From: Octopus sinensis
Lineage: Eukaryota
DNA length: 64,000 nucleotides
Reading direction: 5' to 3'
Assembly: GCF_006345805.1 (NCBI RefSeq)
Contig: NC_043025.1
Span: 1,860,001 to 1,924,000 of the forward strand
The first letter of the stretch is position 1; each line of letters starts with the position of its first letter. Made by a program: the position numbers and the translations under genes. Of this stretch, positions 1-11,073 are shown piece by piece. The notes beneath the pieces were generated by a model, which was given only the letters and a program-made list of their open reading frames with translations, had not been told where the DNA came from and made no database searches.

Positions 1-131
1 CTCGGAAATCATGAAATTTAAATCAACTCATTGTTGTTTATTACCAACAACATTTAACGAGGAACTGAGAATTTGATGACCTCATTTTATTATTTTCATT
101 TTCCTATAACAAAAAGAACTTCTTTTCTTAC

Positions 132-203
132 ATTTCAACTATGCTGCGAAGGAATAAGAAAGCGCCATCTTCATATTTTTCTATTAGGTTGTTTTGCAAA
201 TAT
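132..203 (-). CDS. LRR protein, 72-nt LRR exon 6 (YLQNNLIEKYEDGAFLFLRSIVE); gene continues off the left edge
   Basis: Acceptor tttgtctctttttcAG, donor GTAAGA, 72 nt, phase 2/2, LRR consensus retained. Confidence 0.88.
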
Positions 204-551
204 CTGAAAAAGAGACAAATATTACACACTTTAAAATAAGTAAAAATAAATAAATCTGTTTACTCCTGTTTAGTACTAAATTGCGTTTTAGTCAACACTA
301 ACAGGGTAAATGCTGATATTACACACTACAATTGTTTGTTTCTCTTCATAGTTCTGTGGGAAGTGTTGTTTGAACAAGAATAAGTTCCTTCAATCTAATT
401 TAATTATCCTAAGAGAAAATCTGATAACAAAACAGCAACAGATGGAAGGGAATAAAATACAAAAATAACAAAATAACAAGGAGACTTTCTTATGTGCACA
501 ATATGGGTTTTAGTTAACATTCTCATCTATGGTAGAAATATCATTCTCCAT

Positions 552-706
552 ATAGGCATGGTTCTGTGGCAAGAAAATTACTTCTCACATCCATGGATTC
601 TTTAGTCCAACTGTGTGGCACCTTGGACAAATAACATTTACTATAACCTTGGGTCAACTAAGCGTTGTGAGTAAATTTGCTGCAGGAAACTGTGTGGATT
701 CCCTTC

Positions 707-753
<47 letters not shown>

Positions 754-965
754 TGTGTTTGTCTTTGTGTTTATCCCCACCAACGCTTGATGACCAATAT
801 TGGTTTGTTTACGTCCCCCGTAACATAGTGGTTCCGCAAAAGTTACCCGACTGATTAAGTGCCAGGTTTTAAAAATTCAGTACTAAGGACGATGTGTTCG
901 AGGAAACGCTTGGAGGTAGTACTCCAGCATGGCCGCATTGTGATAACTGAAACAAGGAATAGTAA
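552..965 (+). mobile_element. tRNA-derived SINE, family 1 (degenerate)
   Basis: Head ...ctgtggcaag...gtggcaccttgg...actataaccttgggtc, central (TA)n, tail ctccagcatggccgc...actgaaacaag; same layout as many copies later in the window. Confidence 0.8.
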
Positions 966-1279
966 AAGTATATACTCCAGTAGCAGTGTAATGATAAAAA
1001 TGGTTTTCAAAACAATAAACTATTAATTATTGCAATAACATTGACCATCTTCAGACCAGTGCATAACTTTCAGAATCCTATTCAAAGTACACAAAACAAT
1101 GCTCACCTTTTGGTAGAAGATATATACTGGGTACCTATAAATTGACTATAAAAGAAGAACAAGAACAAGAAGAAGGAAAAGAAGACGAAACAACAAAGAG
1201 AAGACGAAGGAAGAAGAAGAAGAAGAACAAGAAGAAGAGGAAAAGAAAGAAGACTAAGAAGAAAAAGGAGAAGAAGAAA

Positions 1280-1310
<31 letters not shown>

Positions 1311-1485
1311 AAGAAGAAGAAGGAGGAGGAGGAGGAGGAGGAGGAGATGTAGAAGAACAAGTAAAACAAGAAGAACAAGAATAAGAAGATAGTGCACTCT
1401 GAAAGTTTATACGTTTCTGAGAGAAAATATATCAGTATCAAAGGAAACATTCAGAAAATAGTATTAAGAAACTGAACGAACTAAC

Positions 1486-1557
1486 AAGTAGTTTAAATTC
1501 GAAAGCCTCGTGAAGGTCCCTTCTTTGATGGTTGAAATTTTGTTGTTCCGCAGATCT
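1486..1557 (-). CDS. LRR protein, 72-nt LRR exon 5 (DLRNNKISTIKEGTFTRLSNLNYL)
   Basis: Acceptor ctttactgctatAG, donor GTTAGT, 72 nt, phase 2/2. Confidence 0.9.
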
Positions 1558-2240
1558 CTATAGCAGTAAAGAAAGAGTAAAATAGATTATATAGAAAATA
1601 TTTGTGATACGACATCAAAAACTGTGGCTTTAGAATTAAATGAAGAAAGAGAAGAGCGTAACGAAAGAAGAAGAAGAAGAAGAAGAAGAAGAAGAAGAAG
1701 AAGAGAAGAAGAAGAAGAAGAAGAAGAAGAGAAGGAGTTGAATGACAATATCGAAACACGAAAGAGAATATTGAAATAAGAAATGAAGAGAGACAAATTA
1801 TAAAATAAAGGAATAATATAGTCACACTTTACACTTATAACTACACTTATTTATGAACATACTCACATACTTCAGCTAAAAATATTTAATGCAAACATGG
1901 AAACTCACAAACGTTACCATTTCTAATACAAATTCATATAAAAGTCATTGGAATTTGAGGATCAAAATTGATTTAGGATGACCTGAAGTGAAACAAAGCA
2001 ACTGCAATAAGGGAACATTAAATTTGTCCTATCATTTCACTTTCTCTCTCTCTTTCTCTCTCTTTCTCTCATTGTGTCTCGCTCTCTTACTCCCTGTTTG
2101 TATCTTCCAAACTCCTGTTCGGTCCCCAAATTTGAATTGATTTGCTTATTGCAGTCTGAACGTTCATACATTTGTGAGTTTATATATCAGCATCATATAT
2201 TACTTTCAGAAATTATTATCAAGAAACTGAACGAACTTAC

Positions 2241-2312
2241 AATTTCGTTAAATTCGAAAGCCCATTGAAGGAACCATCTTTGATGGTCGAAATGTCGTTG
2301 CCGTCAAGATCT
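2241..2312 (-). CDS. LRR protein, 72-nt LRR exon 4 (DLDGNDISTIKDGSFNGLSNLTKL)
   Basis: Acceptor ctttacttctgtAG, donor GTAAGT, 72 nt, phase 2/2. Confidence 0.92.
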
Positions 2313-4061
2313 CTACAGAAGTAAAGAAAGAGTAAAATAGATTAGATGGAAAATATTAGTGATAAAACATCAAACAATATGGCTTTAGAATGAAAGGGAA
2401 AAAAGGAAGACATATAACGTAGAAGAAAAAGAAGAAGAAGAAGAAGAAGAAGAAAAAGAACAAGAACAAGAAGAACAAGAACAAGGACAAGAACAAGAAC
2501 AAGAACAACAACAACAACTAGAACAAGAAGAAGAAGAAGAAGAAGAAGAAGAAGAAGAAGAAAAAGGAGAAGAAGAAGAAGAAGTAGACGAAATAAGAGG
2601 AGGAAGAAGGGAGGAAGGGAGGAGAAAGGGAGGGGGAAAAGGAGAATAAAATGAAGGAGGAGGAGGAGGGCGAAGAGGCGAAAGAGGATAATGCGGGGAG
2701 AAGGAGTAAAAGGAGGGTGAAGGAGGGGAGGCGAGGAGGAGAGAGAAGGAGGGAAGAGAGGCGGGGCAGAATGGGCAGGAGGAGGAGGCGAATGAGAATA
2801 GGAGAAACAAGTAAAAGAGAAAGAAAAAGAAGGAGGAAATTGACAAAGCAGAATGTACAGGAGAAAGTTTCTGAAAAAATAGAAGAAGAAGAAGAAGAAG
2901 AAGAAGAAGAAGAAGAAGAAGAAGAAGAAGAAGAAGAAGAAGAGGAAAAGAAAGAAGACTAAGAAGAAAAAGAAGAAGAAGAAAAGAAGAAGAAGAAGAA
3001 GAAGAAGAAGAAGAAGAAGAAGAAGAAGAAGAAGAAGAAGAAGAAGAAGAAGAAGAGAAGAAGACACATTGAAAATCTTGGTATTCAAGAAGGCGAAACA
3101 GAAAATGTAGTCAAAGAAATAACAGGAGATATTTCAGGGACAGGGAACAAACGTTTGAGGGAGAGAACATGGCTGAAAAATGAGGGAATATACGGACTCA
3201 GAAATCAACATATTTGAATGCACTCATACACATGCTTATATTCATAATATGAACGACGTAAGGTGATACGCACACTCACATTCACACATATTCTCACTCA
3301 CCTGTGTGGAAATATGGCGAGAGAGATTATTAATCTCATATCGCTTAATTGACAGAAGAAAATTATATTAGAAAAGCCCCTCTAACTAGAAATATATCAG
3401 CAGTTAAATTGTATCAGGCCAAATATTCCTGCTTAAATGTGCAGTAAGGATTTCAGGTTTACAGAGAGAATGTATGTGACGACATTATTCGTATATATTT
3501 ATTTTCCGCTTCCACTTCAGTTGGTTTATCACTTAAATAAAGTGATGTGAATGAAAAAGTCGAAGTTGAATGATAATATCGAAACACGAAAAAGATTGAA
3601 ATAAGAAATGAAGGATACAAATTATATAATAAAGAATAATATATTCACATTGCACACGGAACTACACTTATATATGAACATACACACATACTTCTGCTAA
3701 AAATATTTGATGCAAACATGTAAACTCACAAATGTTACCATTTTTAATACAAATTCAAGTAAAATCATTGAAATTAGGGGCTCAAAAATGAGTTATGGTG
3801 ACACGAATTGAAACAAAGCAACAGCAATAAAGGAACATTAAAATTGTCCAATTATTTCACATTCTCTCTCAATTTCTCCCTCTTTCTCTCACTATGTTTC
3901 GCTCTCTTACTCCCTCTTTGTATCTTCCAAACTCCTGTTCGGTCCCCAAATTTGAATTGATTTTGTTTAGTGCAGTCTGAAAGATTATTGGTTAATGAGT
4001 GTATATATCAGCATCAAATATTACTTTCGGAATATAGTATCAAGAAACTGAACGAACTTAC

Positions 4062-4133
4062 AATGACGTTAAATCGGAAAGCCTCGTGAATACATCTTCT
4101 TCGATGGTTGAAATTTTGTTGTTCCACAGAATT
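4062..4133 (-). CDS. LRR protein, 72-nt LRR exon 3 (ILWNNKISTIEEDVFTRLSDLTSL)
   Basis: Acceptor ...ctgctatAG, donor GTAAGT, 72 nt, phase 2/2, no stops. Confidence 0.92.
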
Positions 4134-4854
4134 CTATAGCAGTAATGAAAGAATAAAAATGATTATATGAAAAATAATTGTGAAAAAACATCAAACAAGG
4201 GGGTTCAGAATGAAAGGAAGAAAAATGAAGACAGATAACGACGACGAAGAAGGAGGAGGAGGAAAGGAGGAAGAGGAGGAAGAGGAGGGGAGGAGGAAAG
4301 GAGGAGGGGTGGAGTATAGGAGAAGCGGTTGAGGAGGAAGGAGGAGGAGAAGGAGGAGGAAGAGTAGGAGGAAGAGTAGGAGGAAGAAGAGGAGGAAAGG
4401 AGGGGAGGAGGGAGGAGGAAGGGGAGGAGAAGCATAAGAAAAATGAAGAAGAAAAAGGAGGAAAAAAAGAAGAAGAAGAAGAAGAAGAAGAAGAAATAAA
4501 ACAAGAGGAAATTATTTCGGCGGAACTGTGGATAAATAACCACACGTTACCACAAGAATCAAGAGAACAATGTGAAACGAAACAGTAGCTAAAACATAGG
4601 TATTATAATAACACTACAGACACACTCATACATATGTGAACATACACGTTTTCAGGAATAAAATTTTGATGCAGACGATTATCAACTGCCAGACATTGTC
4701 ATGTTCAGACACAATCAAATAAATATAACACGAATATGAAAAGTGATTATAACTTCAAGTAATAGGGAGTGAGAATAAATAGAAATCAGGGAATATTTAA
4801 TTTAAAGACACATTATATTCCTCATGTATAAACGACAACATTGAAAGGACTTAC

Positions 4855-4926
4855 AATTCCTGTAAGTTCTGAAGGCCTTGAAACATCTCTTTTTCAATCC
4901 TCGAAATTTTATTGTCCTTTAGAGAT
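4855..4926 (-). CDS. LRR protein, 72-nt LRR exon 2 (SLKDNKISRIEKEMFQGLQNLQEL)
   Basis: Acceptor gttttctgcttcAG, donor GTAAGT, 72 nt, phase 2/2, typical LxxLxLxxNxI repeat. Confidence 0.92.
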
Positions 4927-5588
4927 CTGAAGCAGAAAACAATATTGCTTAGTTTGACTTAATATGGAATTGCAATAAAATATTGAATATTTTTCTTTAT
5001 GTATAGGAACAATATTACAGGAAAATACAAGAAGAAGAAGAAGAAGAAGAAGAAGAAGAAGAAGAAGAAGAAGAAGAAGAAGAAGAAGAAGAAGAAGAAG
5101 AAGAAGAAGAAGAAGAAGAAGAAGAAGAAGAAGAAGAATGGAATTGCAATAAAATAATGGAATAATATAGTCACATCTCACACAGAATTACACTTAGATA
5201 TGGACATACTCACATACTTCTGCTAAACATATTTGATGCAAACATGTAAACACACAAACGTTACCATTTCTAATACAAATTCATATAGAAATCATTGAAA
5301 TTTGAGGCTCGAATATGAGTTATGGTGACGCGAATTGAAACAAAGCAACTGTAATAAAGGAACATTAAATTTGTCGTATTATTTTAATTTCTCTCTCAAT
5401 TTCTCCCTCTTTCTCTGTTTGTGTCTCGCTCACTTACTCCCTCTTTGTATCTTCCTAAATCGTGTTCGGTCCCCAAATTTGAATTGTTCTTGTATAGTGC
5501 AGTCTGAAAAATTATTGGGCAATGTGTGTATATATCAGCGTCAAATATTACTTTCGGAATATAGTATCAAGAAACTGAACGAACTTAC

Positions 5589-5660
5589 AATTGTTTTAAA
5601 TTCTTAAGCCCCGTGAATACACCTTCTTGGATGGTTGCAATATTGTTATCCTGCAGATCT
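5589..5660 (-). CDS. LRR protein, 72-nt LRR exon 1 (DLQDNNIATIQEGVFTGLKNLKQL)
   Basis: Acceptor ctttactgctatAG, donor GTAAGT, exactly 72 nt, phase 2/2. Joins the previous exon to give ...VEYL-DLQDNNI, a canonical first LRR. Confidence 0.92.
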
Positions 5661-6164
5661 CTATAGCAGTAAAGAAAGAATAAAAAGATTAGACGGAAAA
5701 TATTTGTGATACGACATCAAAAACTGTGGCTTTAGAATGAAAGGAAGAAAAAGAAGAGAGCAGGAGATGAGGAGTGGAGGAGGAGAGGAGGAGAAGGAGG
5801 ACGAGGAGGAGAAGAAGAAGAAGAGAAGAAGAAGAAGAAGAAGAAGAAGAAGAGAAGAAGAAGAAGAAGAAGAAGAAGAAGAAGAGAAGAAGAAGAAGAA
5901 GAAGAAGACGAAGAATGTCTTAATGTGGCAGCCGTTTCGTGTTTATTTCTTACTTGACTTGCACAACCTCGAGTATCCGCTTCGCCTATCTACGTATCAA
6001 CACACATATCCACACAAATACACGCACTTATACGCACATACATACGTATGCTCTCAGAAATATACACACATATGTATATCTACCTCTGGGTGCGGGAATG
6101 TGTGCGAACCTCGTCTCTGTAGTGATGTCCTTTTATCTGTCGATATAGTTTATTATCGAATCTA

Positions 6165-6800
6165 AAGGTGTTGTCTTCTAGTTCCAGGTGTGTCTTTGGA
6201 AATGCGTTTTGAAGCGTTCGTCCATCTGTCCGTTATGCTTTTCTACCAAGTGTTTGATTGCTTCCCGGCCCAAAGTCTGATGTATTAGTATAAAGATTAG
6301 TCAAAGATTGTAGATATAATACGTTCTGGAATGTGTTTGAGGAAATCCATATCGTCTCGGGTATAGCTGGGCATTAATGGGCATAACGGTTTGAGGAGTA
6401 TATCCAAAAGATGGCTCAGTTGTTGTGTTGGGGCTCAAGGTCCAGCAACTGTTGGTCTCAATTTGATGTCAGTAGGTCTTAGTATTTTTATCTGCTGGTT
6501 CCTGCATTTTGGAGCATTCGTAGATCTTGGGTGATCCATAGGAATTACTCTCTTTCATTACAGAGCTGCATAAATAATCTTTCTCTTTATCTGTGAACGA
6601 ACATTGGTATTCATTTATCAGACTTTTGAGTATATTCATTATTACTTTTTCCGGGTATCTTGGTTTTTCCTAGTAGCAGGTCTGTTTCCAATATTTTATC
6701 TTTATAGTAGTCGTGGTCCGTGACTGCTATCACCCTTCCCTAATCGGTTTCTTTTAGGATGGTTGAATTGTCATTCTTCAGTTTGTAAGGCTTCCTTTTC
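6165..6800 (-). mobile_element. Penelope-like element reverse transcriptase fragment (disabled) in LRR-gene intron 1
   Basis: Minus strand reads IKLRPTVAGP*APTQQLSHLLDILLKPLCPLMPSYTRDDMDFLKHIP...(T)NLYTN...LGREAIKHL, matching PLE RT motifs RP-I-V, PSYIRD and FDVxxLYTNI; contains stops and frameshifts. Confidence 0.75.
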
Positions 6801-7629
6801 TTCTTCACGAAGGTTCTGTTCGATTTACTGGGAGTTTATTATATAAGATATAAAACAGATCTAAGTCACTGCGTAAAGTATGAATGAAAAACACACATGC
6901 ATGTAAAATATGAGAAAATAATGGATGTTCAAAATATTTGTGATTTGAATTAGATTTACAAAGCCTTCGTATTCAGTATTCAGTGGAAGATATTTTTATC
7001 ATCTCAGAAGTCAGCTTTATTTATAAATATCTTGTTTCTGTCCAATGAGCATTTCATTCGCTATTACACTTTGTTGTCAAAAGTAATTTACCTTTGCAAA
7101 ATAAACTCCTTTCCTTTGCTTAGTTGATGCATAAAAGTTCTTCACAAAAATAAATAAACCCCCAAAACTTCAAGACTGAAATAATAGACTAGGAAGGAAA
7201 GCATAACAGAAATGGAAAGGGATTTATTAATAGAACTGGTGATGGTAGAGTGGGGAAACCCTTATTTAATTTTGAGTTATGTGCTACAAAGGAGAACAAC
7301 CTTACATGGTGATTTAACTGGTTAAGAGTGTTATTTAAAAAAGGGATGAGACAACATACATTGCCTTAGTTTTTCGGTCTTTTTTTAGTCCTTACTCTTG
7401 CTGTATTAAATCTCAGTTTGTTCCCATTATTAACCACATATGCTAAATCCTTCATCTCCTAAATAGCATCCCTGCTCATCATTCCTGTAAACAGCTCAAA
7501 CGGAATATTAATGATATCTGTCTCACAAGTATTGGAGATCTTGCAGGAGTTATAAAACTTGTCTGATTCTTTCTCCAAAATCGATAAAATAAAAAGTGTG
7601 GAATTTTAACTCAGGTCACAGACAACTGG

Positions 7630-7830
7630 ACAATATACTGCAAGGTGTCTTATTCGAGGTCCTCATAGTTGCATTTGTTCATTGAACTGTTATGGTTCTT
7701 TATTGATCTCGGAAATAAATGACGCAAGGTTGACCTTGGCGGGATTTGATGTCAGATTGCCGTGTGTCAGAACGCAATGTATTCTACTAGACGGTCAACA
7801 GATTTGTGCCAATCCTCGCTTAAGTTGTGA
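7630..7830 (-). mobile_element. SINE family 2, degenerate
   Basis: Reverse complement resembles ggcggcgagctggcagaa...aattccgccgaggtcgactttgcctttcat copies at 29059 and 47410. Confidence 0.6.
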
Positions 7831-8489
7831 ACGATGAGAATATCTAACTTATTAAACAGAACTTCAACTTTACTATTCAACATCTTGAGTTATACCAAAT
7901 TTAGGAATTCCATTATTGAAACTTTTCTCTTTATTTTACATTGGAATTTCTCATTTGGTCAAAACGTTCCAAATTTTTTGAGAAATAGATCTGATCGAAT
8001 GAATTGATCCACTTTAGTATTAGAATATGTTATTAAAACAGAAAGTTTAAGGTGATTAATGCAATGATGCAAGCCAATTAACTGGAAGTAATCACCTGGA
8101 AGAGCAATGTGTTGCAACAGAGTATTTGTTATGATTTATGTATCAAATAATTACTCTTTTTTATTCTATTCCATTTCTTGAGACGTTAAATTTTAATAAT
8201 GCACTTAAAAATTACGTAAGTTTTCAGGTGAACGGGGATGCATCAAACAGCCGAAACTTCAATTAAGCTTGCATAATTTTGTAATAAGTTTTATTGTGTT
8301 CATGACAGGGTAAATTTTACTGATGACATTCTATCAAAAATAAATTCCTCATAATTTGTTCAAACAGCACTATTTTGATTTCTTCACTTTTTTAAGAATT
8401 TGGCAATTTAAGCAGATCTCGTCATTATCTGCAGTTTAATCCATCTGTATCATTTTTAATTATAAAAATAATCATTTCTTCTATAGGAA

Positions 8490-8682
8490 CAAACCTGAAA
8501 TTTGGGGAAAGGGACAAGTCCTTTACGTTGATCTCAGAGATAAATTGCTATTTATTTTACCGATTCCAAAAGAATGAAAAGCAAAGTCAACCTCGAGAGA
8601 ATTTAAAATCGAAACGTAAAGACGAACGAAATACCGCTCAACATTTTGTCTGGCGTGCACAACGATTCTGATAGCTCGCTGC
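8490..8682 (-). mobile_element. SINE family 2
   Basis: Reverse complement gcagcgagctatcagaatcgttgtgcacgccagac...gaggttgactttgcttttcattc matches the family-2 head and body. Confidence 0.75.
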
Positions 8683-9140
8683 ATATTCTATTATAAAACT
8701 AACACAAACAATAATTAACAATTATTCTGTAACAAGATCAAATGATATTATATTATATTACTGTAACTATAAGCAACAATTCAACTAATTAATGATATAA
8801 TATAACTATGTGGAATACACGTTTTCTTAGCACTAAAGTTTTTATACTGTCCGTTCATTGAATATACCGTAAGATTTGATAAGTTCAGACAAATAACATC
8901 AAAGTCAGATACTAGTCAGATCCAATCACTGTGTATGAGATGTTATATATTATAAATTCAATATGGTAGGAAACAGTTTATTTGACTTCACAGCAGGTAA
9001 CATATCGATTTGTTTTACTCTAACATAAGATTGTGCTTAAAGCTGTGAGATAAACAGCATAAGCGATTAGCTGAGAACATAATCAATGAAAATTTAAAAT
9101 ATTGGAAGTGGAAAATACGTAGAAAGTGTCAAATACTTAC

Positions 9141-9331
9141 AAATATTCAACATTCGTCGGAATTGGTTGTGGAATTGATGCTAGATTGCGATTGTCACAA
9201 TTTATTTTTGTTGTAAGTGAATTGCAAGTACATATCTTGCATATATCTGAATCAGCTTGAGCCTCCAAAAACAATATCGTGCACAGTATCAACACAAGAG
9301 ACCGTCTATATGATACTATGTGGCGAAACAT
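9141..9331 (-). CDS. LRR protein, first coding exon: signal peptide + LRRNT cysteine cap
   Basis: Translates MFRHIVSYRRSLVLILCTILFLEAQADSDICKICTCNSLTTKINCDNRNLASIPQPIPTNVEY(L): hydrophobic leader then CxxCxC...C-L..IP..IP cap. Ends TT|GTAAGT (phase 2). An acceptor ttttcttcttttacAG at 9352-9353 puts the exon start at 9351, 20 nt before the ATG. Confidence 0.9.
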
Positions 9332-9573
9332 ATTGCCAGGCGTAGATTTATCTGTAAAAGAAGAAAATAGGAAATGTCAGAGACTTCAACGTTATTAACT
9401 TCAAATTGCAGATTCTCCGAAGGAACTACAATTCACCCCTGTTCCACATGACAAATATATTCTTGTTTTCATGATTGGATATTTAAAGCTAAAAACTTAA
9501 ATTTCGATAAATTAGTGTGAAGAAATTTATTAAATATTATAGCTTTAACGCGTAATAATATCAAAGAATATAC

Positions 9574-9619
<46 letters not shown>

Positions 9620-10115
9620 AACTCACTCCTACACACATCTGTAACCATACTCGGGGGGGGGTCTAATATATATACAAAACTAACGAACCATGAGTTTCGT
9701 GGACCCTAAATACGCAGTGGTTATAAACCCGGTTGGGTCGTTGAATCCGATGGGACCCCACAAGCAACTGTATTGTAACGAAGGTTTGTTCCTTTACCCC
9801 AGTTTTAGAAGCGGTCATACACATTTTTCCTTAAATACACTTCATGATTTCATTTTTACTTACTTTTCTTTTACTGAGAACACGAATAAAGCATGAACGT
9901 AAATGAACAAATAAAAATGGACGTACATCAAAAGAAGCAAATTTCTTTGCGGACACAAATAGACACAAGAAAATAAAGAAAGTGGATAAGGAAACAACAA
10001 CAAAAGAAACATTGACAACAACAGAAATTAAAAAGCTCTGAAAATTATGTATACACTAATATCTATTTATCTAACAATTTATAAATCTCTCTCCCCTTAC
10101 ACACATACACACACA

Positions 10116-10213
<98 letters not shown>

Positions 10214-10479
10214 ATAATAAGGTAAACGTTGGATGATTATATATTTTTTTTATGTATTTAAATTCTATTTACATTTTAGCGCTTGCTTCCATTATCGATA
10301 ACTATATATCTGTACATCACTCAAACTATCTCTCTCTCTCTCACTCTCTCTCTTTATATGTATGTATGTATGTATGTATGTATATATGTATGTATATATA
10401 TATATGAATGTATATATGTATGTATATATGTATGTATGTACGTATGTATGTATGTATGTATTGATAGATCGCTAGCCAC

Positions 10480-10640
10480 TACACATTCTTTTTTTCTCTC
10501 CTTGTTTCTCTCCCTGTTTCTTTCCGTGTTCCTTTCTGTGGAAGAGCCTAGGCTCGAAACGTTAAAAACTTTTTCACTTCCCGAGCATTATACTAATACA
10601 TCAGTTTGTTTTCTACACCACCTGTCTTCGTCTTTTGTTC
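10480..10640 (+). mobile_element. Penelope-type terminal-repeat fragment with degenerate minimal hammerhead-like core
   Basis: ctgtgGAAGAGCCTAGGCTCGAAAC at 10536-10560: (t)gaaga + self-complementary gagcct/aggctc stem + GAAAC. Confidence 0.45.
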
Positions 10641-10658
10641 TTTTCTCTGAATTCTCCC

Positions 10659-10783
<125 letters not shown>

Positions 10784-10916
10784 GAGATATTTCTACTTTT
10801 GTTGTTTTTGCTTAACATTAAAATAGCCTTCCTTTACATTCAAGAAATTACTACAACTGACCAACTCACCATCGACACCGTCACAAAATCATCTCACTTC
10901 ATATCAACTACTACTA

Positions 10917-10967
<51 letters not shown>

Positions 10968-11073
10968 TTATTATTATTATCATTATTATTATATTATTAT
11001 TATTATCATTATTATTACTATTATTATTATTATTATTATATTATTATTATTATTATTATTATCATCATTATTA

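Larger units (their letters stand above)
1390..5745. repeat. Tandemly duplicated intron-exon cassettes (about 1390-1660 partial, 1740-2400, 3565-4220, 5150-5745), each holding one LRR exon
   Basis: Shared intronic blocks such as caaactcctgttcggtccccaaatttgaattga and aagaaactgaacgaactta/ctaac recur before exons; aaagaaagagtaaaatagatta...tttagaatgaaagg recurs after them. Confidence 0.9.
1150..5910. repeat. Intronic (GAA)n/(GGA)n polypurine microsatellites (about 1150-1385, 1665-1735, 2420-3065, 4215-4500, 5030-5137, 5740-5910)
   Basis: Directly visible; they account for the poly-F/L/S/E ORFs in the track. Confidence 0.95.

Noticed and set aside
320-420. LRR-like LKELIL string on the minus strand
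   Set aside because: In-frame stop, no 72-nt exon with proper splice sites.
1107-1145. 39-nt frame-preserving candidate microexon on the minus strand (ttttatAG...AAG|GTGAGC; QFIGTQYISSTK)
   Set aside because: Splice signals look good, but it would break the LRR register between exons 1486-1557 and 132-203, which join perfectly without it. No support without RNA data.
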